64,000 nucleotides of DNA from Methanobacteriota archaeon (GCA_020696385.1 JAEHCQ010000003.1:87615-151614); one strand, 5' to 3'; counted from the stretch's first letter, positions 28,706 through 39,343 are shown. Made by a program: numbers and translations. Notes: generated by a model not told the origin, from the letters alone.

Positions 28706-29233
28706 ATGCGCGATAGAAGATTCATAGCAGTACACAGGGGCGGACCGCTCACAATAGAAAACCACCGCGCACTAATGAACTGGGCGATAAAATGCTCGGA
28801 GCACGTATTACATCTTATTCCAGATGATATCGACAATAGACTGGCCCACGCTCTCCAGACTGCGAAAGAATGGAAAGAAGGAAAGGTCAAGACAGGCGAG
28901 TGCATGAAAGCGTCAGTCGCCGCCCACGCGACAGCCAGAGAATTATCAGACCCAGTTAAGATAGCAGTTGCGAGATCAATCGGCCAGTGTGTGGCAACAG
29001 CCCACATGGCGGATCATTCAATGGGAGCCGCACTCTACGCCCTCAAGGCTGTGAAGCTGGCTGGAGGGGATGTGGAGGGGGAGAGGGAGTGGCAGGAGGG
29101 GGAAGTGGGGAAGTTGCCGGAGGAGTTGGTGGGGGTTGTGGAGGGGGCGATTAGGGAGAAGAGAGAGGGGGGTTGGGGTTTTAGGGGCAGGTCCAGTCAA
29201 TTATTCCTCAGAAGAGGTATGTACCTGGTGTGA
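28706..29233 (+). CDS. Putative immunity protein (Imm5-like) with a G-rich C-terminal run-on
   Basis: WA..C.EHVL, AH..AR, AR..GQ.VATAH..DH..GAA.YA pattern. Confidence 0.7.
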   Translation: MRDRRFIAVHRGGPLTIENHRALMNWAIKCSEHVLHLIPDDIDNRLAHALQTAKEWKEGKVKTGECMKASVAAHATARELSDPVKIAVARSIGQCVATAHMADHSMGAALYALKAVKLAGGDVEGEREWQEGEVGKLPEELVGVVEGAIREKREGGWGFRGRSSQLFLRRGMYLV

Positions 29234-29253
29234 TGGTGAGAAACAATTTGAAA

Positions 29254-31044
29254 TCATCTATAATTATCTGGATTTAGTAAAATGTGTGATATTAAACTTC
29301 TTGCATTCTCAGATAATTCATGAAAGTAAATCTGTTCAGCAATGTCCTTCGCTTTATTTAAGTAACCAATCGCCTCTTTTTTATTCCCATCATGGTATTG
29401 TATATAACCCAGGTGGAAATAGCAAAGGGCTTCAAGTTGCAAATTGTCTGAATATGTTTCTAATGATTCGTTAAAATGCACAGCAGCACTTTCATATTTA
29501 TCTGATTTAAAATAAGCTATCCCAATATTGTATAGATTATCTGCAATCCCTTTTTTATTACCTATAGAACGATTTAATTCAAGAGAATCATTTAAATAAT
29601 TAAATGCTACCTGAAAATCAAGTTTTTTAATGTATACTCCACCTATCGAACCTAATGTATCAGCTATTCCCTCTTGAAATTTGATATTTTTAAGTATCTC
29701 TAGGGCCTTGTTTAAATATTCAAGAGCTTGGGGCAATTGGTCAAAATCATTATAAAGTTCTCCAATCTGAAATAAAGATAGGGCTTCCTCTTTTACTAAA
29801 CCGAGTTGTGTATATATTTCTAGACACTTAGAATAATAGCTATATGCTTTATCAAATTCATAATTATATCTAAATAATACCCCTATATTCCCATATACAC
29901 TTGCCACTCCTCTCGCGCTGTCTATCTTTTCAAAAATTTCCAGTGCCTTTTTATAAGATTCTATTGCCCCATCAAAGTTATAGGCATTCATATGTATATT
30001 TCCAATATTGTTATGGATTGTTGCTATGTTTACATCTTCATTAATTTCTTCTGCAATTTCTAATGCTTGCTGAAAATAAGATAATGATTCTTTAGGATTG
30101 CCAGTTATTCTGTATATGTTACCAATATTATTTAAGTTTGAAAGAACACCATGCTTATTTCCTTCTGCTGTGTTAATTTTCAAAGCCTTCTTTAAATTAT
30201 CTAATCCTGCTTCATAATTACCTAAAAAAGAATTAGTGATTCCTATTCCACCATAGCCGATAGCCTTTGAGTTTACCTTAACAGAGCCCTCAGCCTTGTC
30301 CGCAACTTTAATTATTGTATTATAGATTCCTTTTGCTTCTTCGTACTTTGCGATGATTGAGTAACAATTAGCTAGAGGTATTAATGTAGATAATTTATCA
30401 GATGGAGATAATGTGTACAATCTAAGTATGTTATTAAGTTCCTCAACTCCTTTTTCATATTCTTCACCAAGGCAATAAATTAAGGCCTGAATTATGTTTT
30501 CTCGTACAGTCTTATCATCTGACTTTGGTAATTCACCTTGCCAATATAATGCCCCTTTATTGTCTGTGCCTAATTGAGTCTGAAAGATGTAATAATAACC
30601 ATTAAAGGCAATATCATCTAAATCGTCTATATTGAGTTTGTCAAACCCAATTGTATTTTCTCCTTGTTCTCTCCATTTAGGGTTTTTCACAGACAATATT
30701 TCTCTGATATATTGCTGTGCAAAGGCATAATAAAAGTCGAACTTGCCCGATCTCTTAACACCTAAAATGATAATTATCGGAGAACGAGAATCTTCATAAT
30801 AATGTAAATGCTTAGTTTCTATGGATTTTTTTGCTTTTTTATCTCGTGCGATGTCCTTGTTAGTACCTTTTACTTGAACCCATAGTACTTTATTAGTTAC
30901 TTTTCCATCATCTACAATTTCAATTGTTAAATCAATCCCAACATCAGGTTCTATATCTCTTACAATCCAACTTGGCGGTAATAAACTTCTAAAAGCTAAA
31001 CGAGATTCATATTCAAGTTCCTGTTCTTTTGTTCTCTGCATCAC
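29254..31044 (-). CDS. DUF4365 (PD-(D/E)XK nuclease-like) plus TPR-array protein, candidate defence protein
   Basis: PDVGIDL.IE...WVQVKGT, about 10 TPRs, strongly AT-rich coding sequence. Confidence 0.85.
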   Translation of the reverse strand: MMQRTKEQELEYESRLAFRSLLPPSWIVRDIEPDVGIDLTIEIVDDGKVTNKVLWVQVKGTNKDIARDKKAKKSIETKHLHYYEDSRSPIIIILGVKRSGKFDFYYAFAQQYIREILSVKNPKWREQGENTIGFDKLNIDDLDDIAFNGYYYIFQTQLGTDNKGALYWQGELPKSDDKTVRENIIQALIYCLGEEYEKGVEELNNILRLYTLSPSDKLSTLIPLANCYSIIAKYEEAKGIYNTIIKVADKAEGSVKVNSKAIGYGGIGITNSFLGNYEAGLDNLKKALKINTAEGNKHGVLSNLNNIGNIYRITGNPKESLSYFQQALEIAEEINEDVNIATIHNNIGNIHMNAYNFDGAIESYKKALEIFEKIDSARGVASVYGNIGVLFRYNYEFDKAYSYYSKCLEIYTQLGLVKEEALSLFQIGELYNDFDQLPQALEYLNKALEILKNIKFQEGIADTLGSIGGVYIKKLDFQVAFNYLNDSLELNRSIGNKKGIADNLYNIGIAYFKSDKYESAAVHFNESLETYSDNLQLEALCYFHLGYIQYHDGNKKEAIGYLNKAKDIAEQIYFHELSENARSLISHILLNPDNYR

Positions 31045-31110
31045 ACTTCTCTCGTTAGTGAATAGGATACACTCCTTAAATCCATTTCCATTATTCCTTC
31101 TTAATATATT

Positions 31111-31791
31111 TCAAGAAATACCATACATCTCAATTCCTTTTCCTTCAGGATCAAGCTCATCGATATATTTTTTCATTGCACTGATTTGATGTCCAGCTGG
31201 TTGCCAATTCTTAATCATATTTTTTGCTATTAATAGAGAATAACTAGTCATTTTTAATTCTTCTTTTGCATTTTCTTGTGTGAAATCATCTGGCCCAATG
31301 ACATTACCATATTCAATATCTATATACATAGCCACTTCCTTTTTTGATTGCATATTCCCATACCGATCTAAAATATGATCTGGAATAGGGCCTTCAGATA
31401 ATTTATTTACAAAATCAAGAGCTTCTTCTTCATTATCTGGCCCATCTGCGCCAAATTCTCCTTTTTTGATTGCCTCACTGACTTTTGAAACAGTATACCA
31501 CATAAGCGCCTGTAAATATTGTTTTTTCTTATGATTTACTGTAATCGTGTTTCGCTTCTTTTTATTTGATTGAACAAGATGAGTTAGTTCTAATTGTAAG
31601 GCATTTGATATTGTATGATAATAAAATGCTTTACCAATTTCTTCTTCAGCCAGAACGCATAGAGCATAAATATGACCATAATTTCTATCATTGAGAAACA
31701 AGCATAAAGCATCAAGATAATATTCTTCACCATTCTTTAATGATGAGTCTCTAGCCTCATTTATGAGATTAAGATGCTGTTGATTAACCAT
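31111..31791 (-). CDS. AbiV-like HEPN family protein
   Basis: LAEEEIGKA, HKKKQ and KE.AMYID motifs. AT-rich. Confidence 0.7.
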   Translation of the reverse strand: MVNQQHLNLINEARDSSLKNGEEYYLDALCLFLNDRNYGHIYALCVLAEEEIGKAFYYHTISNALQLELTHLVQSNKKKRNTITVNHKKKQYLQALMWYTVSKVSEAIKKGEFGADGPDNEEEALDFVNKLSEGPIPDHILDRYGNMQSKKEVAMYIDIEYGNVIGPDDFTQENAKEELKMTSYSLLIAKNMIKNWQPAGHQISAMKKYIDELDPEGKGIEMYGIS

Positions 31792-31808
31792 ATTTCTTCC
31801 TTCTCACT

Positions 31809-31872
31809 CCCCAATCCCCTTCCCAGCATTTAAACCTGTGCGCGCGCTTGCACTTTTTAGCATGCTGGAAAT
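31809..31872. repeat. 64-bp direct repeat, copy 1 (imperfect hairpin containing TTTAAA)
   Basis: 61/64 identical to 32980-33043. Confidence 0.9.
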
Positions 31873-31882
31873 GAGTATACTC

Positions 31883-32956
31883 TCAACCAATTGGCTGTTT
31901 AGGTGGAGGTAAATTTTGTTTTGTTTTCTTTGATTTAAAGAAAATATTTACAAACATACCTACTGAGAAGATCACAATTATTATTGATGTAGCAGATAAG
32001 AATGGGAGTCCACCCTCATCATCAGGATAATATCCTTCAGGAATTGAAATACTAGCATCCAAATTGCTCAATATTGCTACCTCTGCTGATGTCGAAATTA
32101 ATTCACCATTTTCTCTGTCATCTGCTCTTGTACCAAAGATAGGTTCCAACTCAGATATTGGGATCTTTCCTGTGATAGCATTTGAATCCTCACCTATCCA
32201 ATCGATATCCGAATAATAACCTGCATAAACGTAGAATTCAACTATTTTTACATCTATTGTTTGAAGAACATATTTCATATTAGACAGTGATATGTCTAAA
32301 TCATCACCTGTTATTGCTGAATTGGAAATTTGCAGATTATTAGAATAATCCGTATTTAAATTGTAGTTATCACTTGAAGAAGAACTTAAGGCAGAGCCAG
32401 CATAATTGATTTTTCCATCAACAGACGAAGATGTTGTCACTTCTAAATCAAACTGAAAACGTAAATCAGCATCGATATAATATTTCTGGAGTATGATATC
32501 GATTTCTTTGTGCCATGTCATAACGGTTATTTGGCTAGTTTTTGCAGGTGATGTTTTATCACCAATTGGCACCGTCATTGAAATTGAAGTCCTGGGAAAT
32601 ACAATCGATTTCTCATATAATTGATACCCGAAAACTGTACAATCTGCCTGACCATTAAATTCATACCAGATTTCACCAGGCATCCCTCTAGCTTCTATAG
32701 AGATCTCAATTGTTTCTCCAGGGGTAATTGTTGTTGGATAGGACATTTCTACTTCAATTGGGCATTTGATTCCACCACCTATGTAAAAATCTGCACTCAC
32801 AGACATTGGACCTACAGACTCAGAAAAATCTGCAGATATTTCACCTGAATGTCCAAAATCAACTATCTGGGTTTTTGAAGTAGCCGAGGTATTTTGCGGT
32901 AATAAAATACACATAAATAATAGCAAGCATACAATCAATGACACATATTTTTTCAT
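31883..32956 (-). CDS. Secreted beta-rich protein with a C-terminal TM anchor
   Basis: Signal peptide MKKYVSLIVCLLLF. C-terminal GLPFLSATSIIIVIF...KSKK. The track's longer N-terminus runs through repeats and is unlikely. Confidence 0.8.
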   Translation of the reverse strand: MKKYVSLIVCLLLFMCILLPQNTSATSKTQIVDFGHSGEISADFSESVGPMSVSADFYIGGGIKCPIEVEMSYPTTITPGETIEISIEARGMPGEIWYEFNGQADCTVFGYQLYEKSIVFPRTSISMTVPIGDKTSPAKTSQITVMTWHKEIDIILQKYYIDADLRFQFDLEVTTSSSVDGKINYAGSALSSSSSDNYNLNTDYSNNLQISNSAITGDDLDISLSNMKYVLQTIDVKIVEFYVYAGYYSDIDWIGEDSNAITGKIPISELEPIFGTRADDRENGELISTSAEVAILSNLDASISIPEGYYPDDEGGLPFLSATSIIIVIFSVGMFVNIFFKSKKTKQNLPPPKQPIG

Positions 32957-32979
32957 CTTCCACATTCCCTTACCCCACC

Positions 32980-33043
32980 CCCCAATCCCCTTTCCACCAT
33001 TTAAACCTGTGCGCGAGCTTGCACTTTTTAGCATGCTGGAAAT
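32980..33043. repeat. 64-bp direct repeat, copy 2
   Basis: See 31809-31872. Confidence 0.9.
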
Positions 33044-33049
33044 AGATAT

Positions 33050-33225
33050 CTGGGTGTGCCAGCGTATCGAGATAAAGGCCAAAGGATGAAAACTACCCCG
33101 CCCTGCGCTGAGCTTGGACGGGGCTTGAGAATACCAGTTTGTATTTGTCAACCACTGGGTCATCGAATATAAAACCCCGCCCTGATGAATATTCTATGAA
33201 TCATCCAGACGGGGCATGCTCGAAT
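33050..33225 (-). mobile_element. Multi-hairpin repeat element, copy C (inverted, diverged)
   Basis: Minus strand reads ttcgagcatgccccgtc..cagggcggggt..tatattcgatgacccag..tgaca..gccccgtcc..gggcggggt..cacacccag. Confidence 0.65.
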
Positions 33226-33314
33226 ATAAAACGCCGACACCCAACCAAAATATCTTTATTACGTAACTTAGTTTCATGCTTACTTATGTGCAAAACGACC
33301 ATATACTATTGTAG

Positions 33315-33971
33315 GTGAAAAAAATGACAAATAAATCAAATAAGATCTACAATAGAATTGAGAGCGAAATCAGATCCCTATTCGGGATCACGGTGATCAA
33401 CCTGGTCATGGCCGCACTGGTCATGGCGATGGGGATCAGCTTTGGTATTGACCAGATACTTCCAGCACTGGATGCGGGCAATTGGATCGTAATTCCCTTT
33501 GCTGCAATTATCGGCATAGTGATGGCCGGGGTAGGGATATGGTGGATAATTTCCACGGTTGGCGTTCTGGAAAGCGTTAGTAATATCCAGGATCAGTTCG
33601 AGTCCTTCGGTGCCAGGGAAAGTGTTACGGAGACCGATCTAACGCAGAGCGTGGTTCAATTAATGTCAACGTACCGTCTGAAGAAGCCGACGATCAAGAA
33701 GATGATGACAGTGAGTTATTGGGGAAGTATCCTCTTTTTTGTCGGGGGTATTCTGCAGGCACTGGCTTTCATCGTCCAGTGGGTCGATGGTATCGATCAA
33801 TTGGCTTTGATAACTGGAATAGTTGGTCTGGTCGTCATATTCTGCATGTCGGCTGCCTTTTTCCTCGTGCACAGGAAATACGAGTCATATACCAGGGTGT
33901 ACGATAAGAGAATTCTAAAGAACAAAAGATCAGAAAAGGCTCTGGAAGAAAGTATGGGAGGCCTTGAATGA
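33315..33971 (+). CDS. Four-TM membrane protein
   Basis: Four hydrophobic helices. Overlaps the next gene. Confidence 0.8.
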   Translation: MKKMTNKSNKIYNRIESEIRSLFGITVINLVMAALVMAMGISFGIDQILPALDAGNWIVIPFAAIIGIVMAGVGIWWIISTVGVLESVSNIQDQFESFGARESVTETDLTQSVVQLMSTYRLKKPTIKKMMTVSYWGSILFFVGGILQALAFIVQWVDGIDQLALITGIVGLVVIFCMSAAFFLVHRKYESYTRVYDKRILKNKRSEKALEESMGGLE

Positions 33972-34240
33972 AAGGGCGCAGGACCCAGTATGAGATATAC
34001 TGGGAAATTTTGGTTTACTGCAGGGAGCCAAGGACCTTCACGAGCATCATCAACAGATGCGACCTCAACTCGAAGAAAGGGCAGCAATACCTGGGATTTC
34101 TAAACAAAAAGAATTATCTGGATATAATGGAAGAGAAGAACAAGACCTACACGACGAACCAAGGTGGCAGGGATTATATCTCGATATTCAATAAACTATA
34201 TTTGAATCTCTTTGATGAAAGGCCTGGATTTAAGTTGTGA
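33968..34240 (+). CDS. Archaeal winged-helix transcription regulator
   Basis: RRTQYEIYWEIL...T.II..C.LN...YL..L...Y.T..G pattern. Confidence 0.85.
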   Translation: MKGRRTQYEIYWEILVYCREPRTFTSIINRCDLNSKKGQQYLGFLNKKNYLDIMEEKNKTYTTNQGGRDYISIFNKLYLNLFDERPGFKL

Positions 34241-34310
34241 TGGGTGTACCATCACCCCACTAGCAAAAATACTATAACCTCGTTCATAATCTCAATAGAT
34301 TGTTAACAAG

Positions 34311-37235
34311 GTGAGGAAGATGAAAAAAGCAGCCGTATTGATTATAAGCTTTGCAATGATCTTCAGCTCTTTCTTTATGATGCTGGACATGAACGGGAAT
34401 GTCGAGGGTAAGGATATTGTTCCTGCTCCACTATTCTCAGGACTGGGAACAGGATCCCTCGCAGACCCATATCAGATAACTGATGTTAACCAGCTTCAGG
34501 AAATGGAAATGGATCTGCATGCCAATTATACTTTGATGAATGACATCGATGCCAGTGCGACAGCAGGCTGGAATTTTAATGCCACCTCCTTGGAATTTGA
34601 GGGCTTCGATCCAATCGGCGTGTCATGGTTAACATCGTTCAATGGAACCTTGGACGGCCAGAGCTTCAAAATAATCAACCTGACCATCAACCGCCCGGCA
34701 ACAAGTTATGTGGGTTTGTTCGGATTCATGGGCGATACAGCTGAAATTATCAATACTGCTTTGATCAACAATAATATCACAGGAAATAATTCAGTTGGTG
34801 GCTTCGTTGGATATAATCTTGACGGCACCATATTGAACTCCTACAGCACGGGGAATGTCAGCGGGAATAATTTTATTGGCGGCTTTGCAGGAGATAATGG
34901 TGGCGGCACGTTCATGAGCTGCTACAGTACATGTAGTGCCAGCGGAATGAGTTATGTTGGCGGCTTTGCAGGAAGTGGTCATGGCAGCATCACGAACTGC
35001 TACTCAACCGGAAATGTCACCGGAGGTTGGAATGTTGGCGGCTTCATCGGAACTAATAGTTGCACGATCACGAACTCCTACAGTTCGGGTAGTGCCACCG
35101 GGAATGAATTTTACGGCTACATGGCTGGAGGCTTCGTTGGATTGAATTATGAAACCATCACGAACTGCTACAGCACGGGGAATGCCGATGGAACTGTCGG
35201 TATGGAGTATATTGGCGGCTTCCTTGGATATAATTGTTATGGCACGGTCTCGAACTCCTACAGCACTGGTAGTGCCACCGGAACTATGGAGTCTGTTGGC
35301 GGCTTCTGCGGATATAATGATAATGGCACGGTCAAGAGCTCCTACAGCACAGGCAGTGCCAACGGAACAACTTGTGTTGGCGGCTTCGTTGGATCTAACT
35401 TCTTTGGCAATATCACGAACTCCTACAGCATAGGCAGTGCCGATGGAACTGGAAATAATATTGGCGGCTTCCTTGGATTTAACTTCTTTGGCAATATCAC
35501 GAACAGCTCCAGCACTGGTAGTGCCAGTGGGGATGACTTTGTTGGCGGATTCTCTGGGTATAGTGTTGGCGAAGACATCCTGAATTGCTACAGCACAGGT
35601 AGTGCTAGTGGAAATTGGCTTGTTGGCGGCTTTATTGGATATCAAAATAGCACCCACACCAGGAGCTGCTATAGCATCGGCAGTTCCAGCGGAATAAGTC
35701 AATATGGCGACGGCGGATTCGCTGGAGCTAGTGGCGGTTTGATCACGGATTGCTACTGGGACATGCAGGCCTCTGGAAATCTGACCAGTGATGGACAAGT
35801 ATCTGGAAATATTACTGTCGAGATGAAACAACAAATAACATACACTAATAGCTGGGGGAATATCTATGGCTGGGATTTCATAAATGATTGGGGAATAATT
35901 GAGACCATGACATATCCCTTCCTTATTCCAATGATCCCTCTGATAACCACAACTGATGTTATTGGAATGTATGACACATATGAGGATGACCTGTATTCTG
36001 TCGATCTTCAAGCCGATATGTCCCCTGTGCCGGGCATCGCTTCCTCCATTACATGGTCGATAATGAGTAATGCCAGTTGGCTTTCCATTGACAATAATGG
36101 CCTATTGTCCGGGGTGCCGATCAATGAGGATTTGGGCATTTACAAGGTGAATGTTACAGCAACAGATTCTGTTGGAAGAATTGGCTATTATAACTTCACC
36201 CTGGCTGTGGAGAATACCGCACCCTGCATTATAACCAGTGATGTCAGCACCACCAATACCGACGCATTGTACGAGGTGGATTATGATTCAAACGATGACC
36301 CAAGCACCACATGGAGCCTGGCCGGGAATGCTACCGGCTGGCTTTCAATTGATAATGATGGTATTCTTTCTGGAACCCCAAGCAATACTCAGGCTGGCAC
36401 CTATAATGTAGAAGTGACAGTCAATGACGGAAATGGCGGAATAGACACCAATATTTTCACCCTCACAGTGAATCTGGACTCCGATAATGATGGTATTGCA
36501 GATATAACCGACCTTGACGATGATAATGATGGCACACCAGACATAAATGACGATTTACCATTCGACCCTACTGAAAACACTGACACCGACAGCGACGGAA
36601 TCGGCAACAATGTAGATCTAGATGATGATAATGACGGATGGAATGATGCCATCGAAATAGCAGGGGGCTTTGACCCCTTGGATGATATAGATTATCCAAC
36701 AGACGAGGATGACGATGGTATTGCAGATTTCATGGACCCTGACTTCCTCACTGTGACCGAGTACAATAACATCACCCTCTACAACAACGGAACAGCGAAC
36801 CTCACTGCGGACTCCGACGGCGACGGATGGAGTGATATAGTTGAGATGCTGGCGGGCACAGATCCAGAGGATGATACCACAATGCCTTCTGATGCAGACG
36901 GAGATGGAATAGCAGATTTCATGGATACAGATTTCCTCACAACCGAAGTTGAGGTTCTGGTTCCCGAATATAATAACAATACCATCTGGAACAATGGTAC
37001 TGCCGATCCACAAACTGAAACCATCACCGAGACCCCGGTATGGGCATGGGGAGCTGTGATCGCGGCGGTTGTCTTGGGAGTACTGGCAGCTATTGGATTC
37101 ATGCGCGGTGGTAGTGGTGGAAAACCGGAACTGGATAGTGCATCCGAGCAAGAGCAAGAGCAAGAGCAAGAGCAAGAGCAAGAGCCCGATGGTGATGCAG
37201 TGGATGAGAGCGACGAGCCCAGCTTAACAAACTGA
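34311..37235 (+). CDS. Surface protein with GLUG repeats, Ig-like (He_PIG-type) domains, TSP3-like Ca-binding repeats and a C-terminal TM
   Basis: Repeated VGGFVG.N.G.I.NSYSTG, WLSID..G.LSG.P, D.D.DG repeats. (GAGCAA)6 at 37146-37181. Confidence 0.9.
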   Translation: MRKMKKAAVLIISFAMIFSSFFMMLDMNGNVEGKDIVPAPLFSGLGTGSLADPYQITDVNQLQEMEMDLHANYTLMNDIDASATAGWNFNATSLEFEGFDPIGVSWLTSFNGTLDGQSFKIINLTINRPATSYVGLFGFMGDTAEIINTALINNNITGNNSVGGFVGYNLDGTILNSYSTGNVSGNNFIGGFAGDNGGGTFMSCYSTCSASGMSYVGGFAGSGHGSITNCYSTGNVTGGWNVGGFIGTNSCTITNSYSSGSATGNEFYGYMAGGFVGLNYETITNCYSTGNADGTVGMEYIGGFLGYNCYGTVSNSYSTGSATGTMESVGGFCGYNDNGTVKSSYSTGSANGTTCVGGFVGSNFFGNITNSYSIGSADGTGNNIGGFLGFNFFGNITNSSSTGSASGDDFVGGFSGYSVGEDILNCYSTGSASGNWLVGGFIGYQNSTHTRSCYSIGSSSGISQYGDGGFAGASGGLITDCYWDMQASGNLTSDGQVSGNITVEMKQQITYTNSWGNIYGWDFINDWGIIETMTYPFLIPMIPLITTTDVIGMYDTYEDDLYSVDLQADMSPVPGIASSITWSIMSNASWLSIDNNGLLSGVPINEDLGIYKVNVTATDSVGRIGYYNFTLAVENTAPCIITSDVSTTNTDALYEVDYDSNDDPSTTWSLAGNATGWLSIDNDGILSGTPSNTQAGTYNVEVTVNDGNGGIDTNIFTLTVNLDSDNDGIADITDLDDDNDGTPDINDDLPFDPTENTDTDSDGIGNNVDLDDDNDGWNDAIEIAGGFDPLDDIDYPTDEDDDGIADFMDPDFLTVTEYNNITLYNNGTANLTADSDGDGWSDIVEMLAGTDPEDDTTMPSDADGDGIADFMDTDFLTTEVEVLVPEYNNNTIWNNGTADPQTETITETPVWAWGAVIAAVVLGVLAAIGFMRGGSGGKPELDSASEQEQEQEQEQEQEPDGDAVDESDEPSLTN

Positions 37236-37255
37236 TGTCTCTGCATGAGGTCTAT

Positions 37256-37378
37256 TTATTTTTGATCTTCCAATGCTTTAGCTATTTTTTCCAGTCCACT
37301 ATAGATTATTCCGCCTCCTACTACGAATCCTACAAATACCATAGTGCCTGCAATTATGTATGCGATCTCAATGTCCAT
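37256..37378 (-). CDS. 40-aa single-TM protein (below the track cutoff)
   Basis: MDIEIAYIIAGTMVFVGFVVGGGIIYSGLEKIAKALEDQK*. Confidence 0.5.
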   Translation of the reverse strand: MDIEIAYIIAGTMVFVGFVVGGGIIYSGLEKIAKALEDQK

Positions 37379-37402
37379 CTATTCACTTTCTTCGTCACTC
37401 TA

Positions 37403-37663
37403 TCAAGCCTTATCCACCCATTTATCCTTGTTCTTTAACCCCACGCTCATGTAGATGACTCCGATGACCAGGATGCCCATGAATACCGGGCTGACTGTGG
37501 CTGAGAAGATGATACCCAATGGTATCAATGAGATCCCCAGGGTGTACAGGGCCTTGTAATCTGTTTGTTTATCCATGCCCTGTTTTCTACGATGTGTGGC
37601 TACTATTGCCCCCAGAACAAGGGTGATGATCAATGCTGTTAATATTAAGATAATTAATTCCAT
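37403..37663 (-). CDS. Small three-TM membrane protein
   Basis: TDYKALY.LG...GLKNKDKW. AGGTG RBS. Confidence 0.75.
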   Translation of the reverse strand: MELIILILTALIITLVLGAIVATHRRKQGMDKQTDYKALYTLGISLIPLGIIFSATVSPVFMGILVIGVIYMSVGLKNKDKWVDKA

Positions 37664-37770
37664 TTATTCACCTGCTCTATAATAAGAATATTGCTTTTAG
37701 AGTATATAATAAAACTGGAAAGTAATGACCATTTTTGAATCAATTCAGGCGTGAGGGGCCTAATCCTGTT

Positions 37771-38418
37771 CTATTCACCTGCAAGCTTCCATCTCTCTGC
37801 TTCCAGCCTATCATCTTCGGCCTCATCCCCCTTATCCAGAGCCTCAAATGCCTTAGCTCTTGCTGAATAGGCTCTGACAAGCCCCTGCCAGTTCTCAATT
37901 GGGAGAAGAATGTCCAGGGCCTTTGTAGATGAAATAACAATCTCATCCGCTCCTCCTGGAATGATTCCAGCTCCCACTAGGTCGGATCTCAATATCCAGT
38001 ACCAGCCGAGACCTTGCTTGTGATCGAAATCATCTTCTTTCTCGAAGAGGAGCTTTGCCTCCTCCATGAGTTCGAGCCCTTTCTCGATCTTCCCACTCAT
38101 GAAATTGGTCGCGCTGTAATCTATCAGGTTCCTGCCCAGGGTGAGGCTGTTCCCACATTCCCTGGCTAACAGGATCCCACGCTCACTGACCTCAACAGCA
38201 TCTGGCAGGCGGTCGATTTGCCTGAATATATTGGCCTGGCGCATGAGGCAGTAGGCCATCACTCTTTTGAACTCAGTTTCTGGGACTGTATTATCTAAAT
38301 TGTTGATCTCTATCTCGACATCCTGGTAGACCTTGAGGGCGCCTTCCAGGTCGTCCTTGCACTCGAGGTTCATCAGTGCATTCTCGATCTCTTCTTCCAA
38401 GTTCTTGATATCTTTCAT
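37771..38418 (-). CDS. TPR-like helical repeat protein
   Basis: Alpha-helical repeat pattern. Overlaps the MDR gene stop codon. Confidence 0.75.
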   Translation of the reverse strand: MKDIKNLEEEIENALMNLECKDDLEGALKVYQDVEIEINNLDNTVPETEFKRVMAYCLMRQANIFRQIDRLPDAVEVSERGILLARECGNSLTLGRNLIDYSATNFMSGKIEKGLELMEEAKLLFEKEDDFDHKQGLGWYWILRSDLVGAGIIPGGADEIVISSTKALDILLPIENWQGLVRAYSARAKAFEALDKGDEAEDDRLEAERWKLAGE

Positions 38419-39341
38419 ATAGATTTCACCACGGTTATAACAACATGACCCTTTTTATGTCCTTTGTCAACATATTTGTGGGCCTCCACGATCTGCTCCA
38501 TCGGGTAAGTCCTGTCTATGACTGGCCTTATACTTCCCTTTTCCACCAGTTCTTTCAGAAGGACCAGGTCTTGTGTCGTCAGCTTGTCTCCGTATTTCTT
38601 ATGGACATCAAGATATTTTCCACCTTCCTTCAGACACTTTTTGCCTTGTGAGGCCGAGGTCTTGTGTACTGCATCAAAGACAATATCATACTTTTCGCCA
38701 GTCTGGGTGTAATCTTCCTTGGTGTAATCAATTACCTTATCTGCCCCTAGGGATCGGACCAATTCCAAATTGCTGGTACTGCACACTCCTGTGACCTCTG
38801 CTCCATAATGCTTGGCCATCTGCACGGCATAGGTACCTACACTTCCAGAAGCGCCATAGATGAGAACTTTCTGTCCCTTTTGGATATCAGCCTCCTTTAT
38901 GGCGGCCATTGCTGTAACCCCGCCAGTGGGAACGGCTGTGGCTTCCTGGTAGGTCAGATTTGTGGGTTTCAATGCCACCAGGCCTCCTTTTTCCCCTCCG
39001 CCGTCCTCGGGCATACACTTGTACTCGGCATAACCACCGAACCCAAAGCCAGTCATTGCAAAGACCTGGTCGCCTGGCTTGAATTTTTTCACGCCCTTGC
39101 CTACTGCTTCGACTTCCCCAGCACACTCCATTCCCAGTACTGTGAATTTCTTGGGTCTGAAGAGACCATTGACCAGCCTTACGAGAAATGGATCTGCCTT
39201 TCGCAGTCTGGTATCTCCTACATGGGCTGTCGTCGCATGTACTTTTATCAGTACCTCATTGCTCTTGGGTACTGGCTTTTCAACCTCTTTGAGTTGGAGG
39301 ACTTCCGGCCCTCCGTAATTCTCATACACAATTGCTTTCAT
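38415..39341 (-). CDS. NAD(P)-dependent MDR-family (quinone oxidoreductase-like) dehydrogenase
   Basis: MKAIVY..YG.PEVL, GASGSVG, PVIDRTY. Confidence 0.93.
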   Translation of the reverse strand: MKAIVYENYGGPEVLQLKEVEKPVPKSNEVLIKVHATTAHVGDTRLRKADPFLVRLVNGLFRPKKFTVLGMECAGEVEAVGKGVKKFKPGDQVFAMTGFGFGGYAEYKCMPEDGGGEKGGLVALKPTNLTYQEATAVPTGGVTAMAAIKEADIQKGQKVLIYGASGSVGTYAVQMAKHYGAEVTGVCSTSNLELVRSLGADKVIDYTKEDYTQTGEKYDIVFDAVHKTSASQGKKCLKEGGKYLDVHKKYGDKLTTQDLVLLKELVEKGSIRPVIDRTYPMEQIVEAHKYVDKGHKKGHVVITVVKSI

Positions 39342-39343
39342 TC

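Noticed and set aside
31809-31872. Canonical integron attC or dif site
   Set aside because: Lacks RYYYAAC/GTTRRRY boxes and the 11-6-11 dif layout, and no integrase is in the window.
37218-37231. CCCAGCTTAACAAA identical to the end of hairpin element A
   Set aside because: Only 14 bp and no hairpins nearby; cannot be separated from chance or a very old scar.
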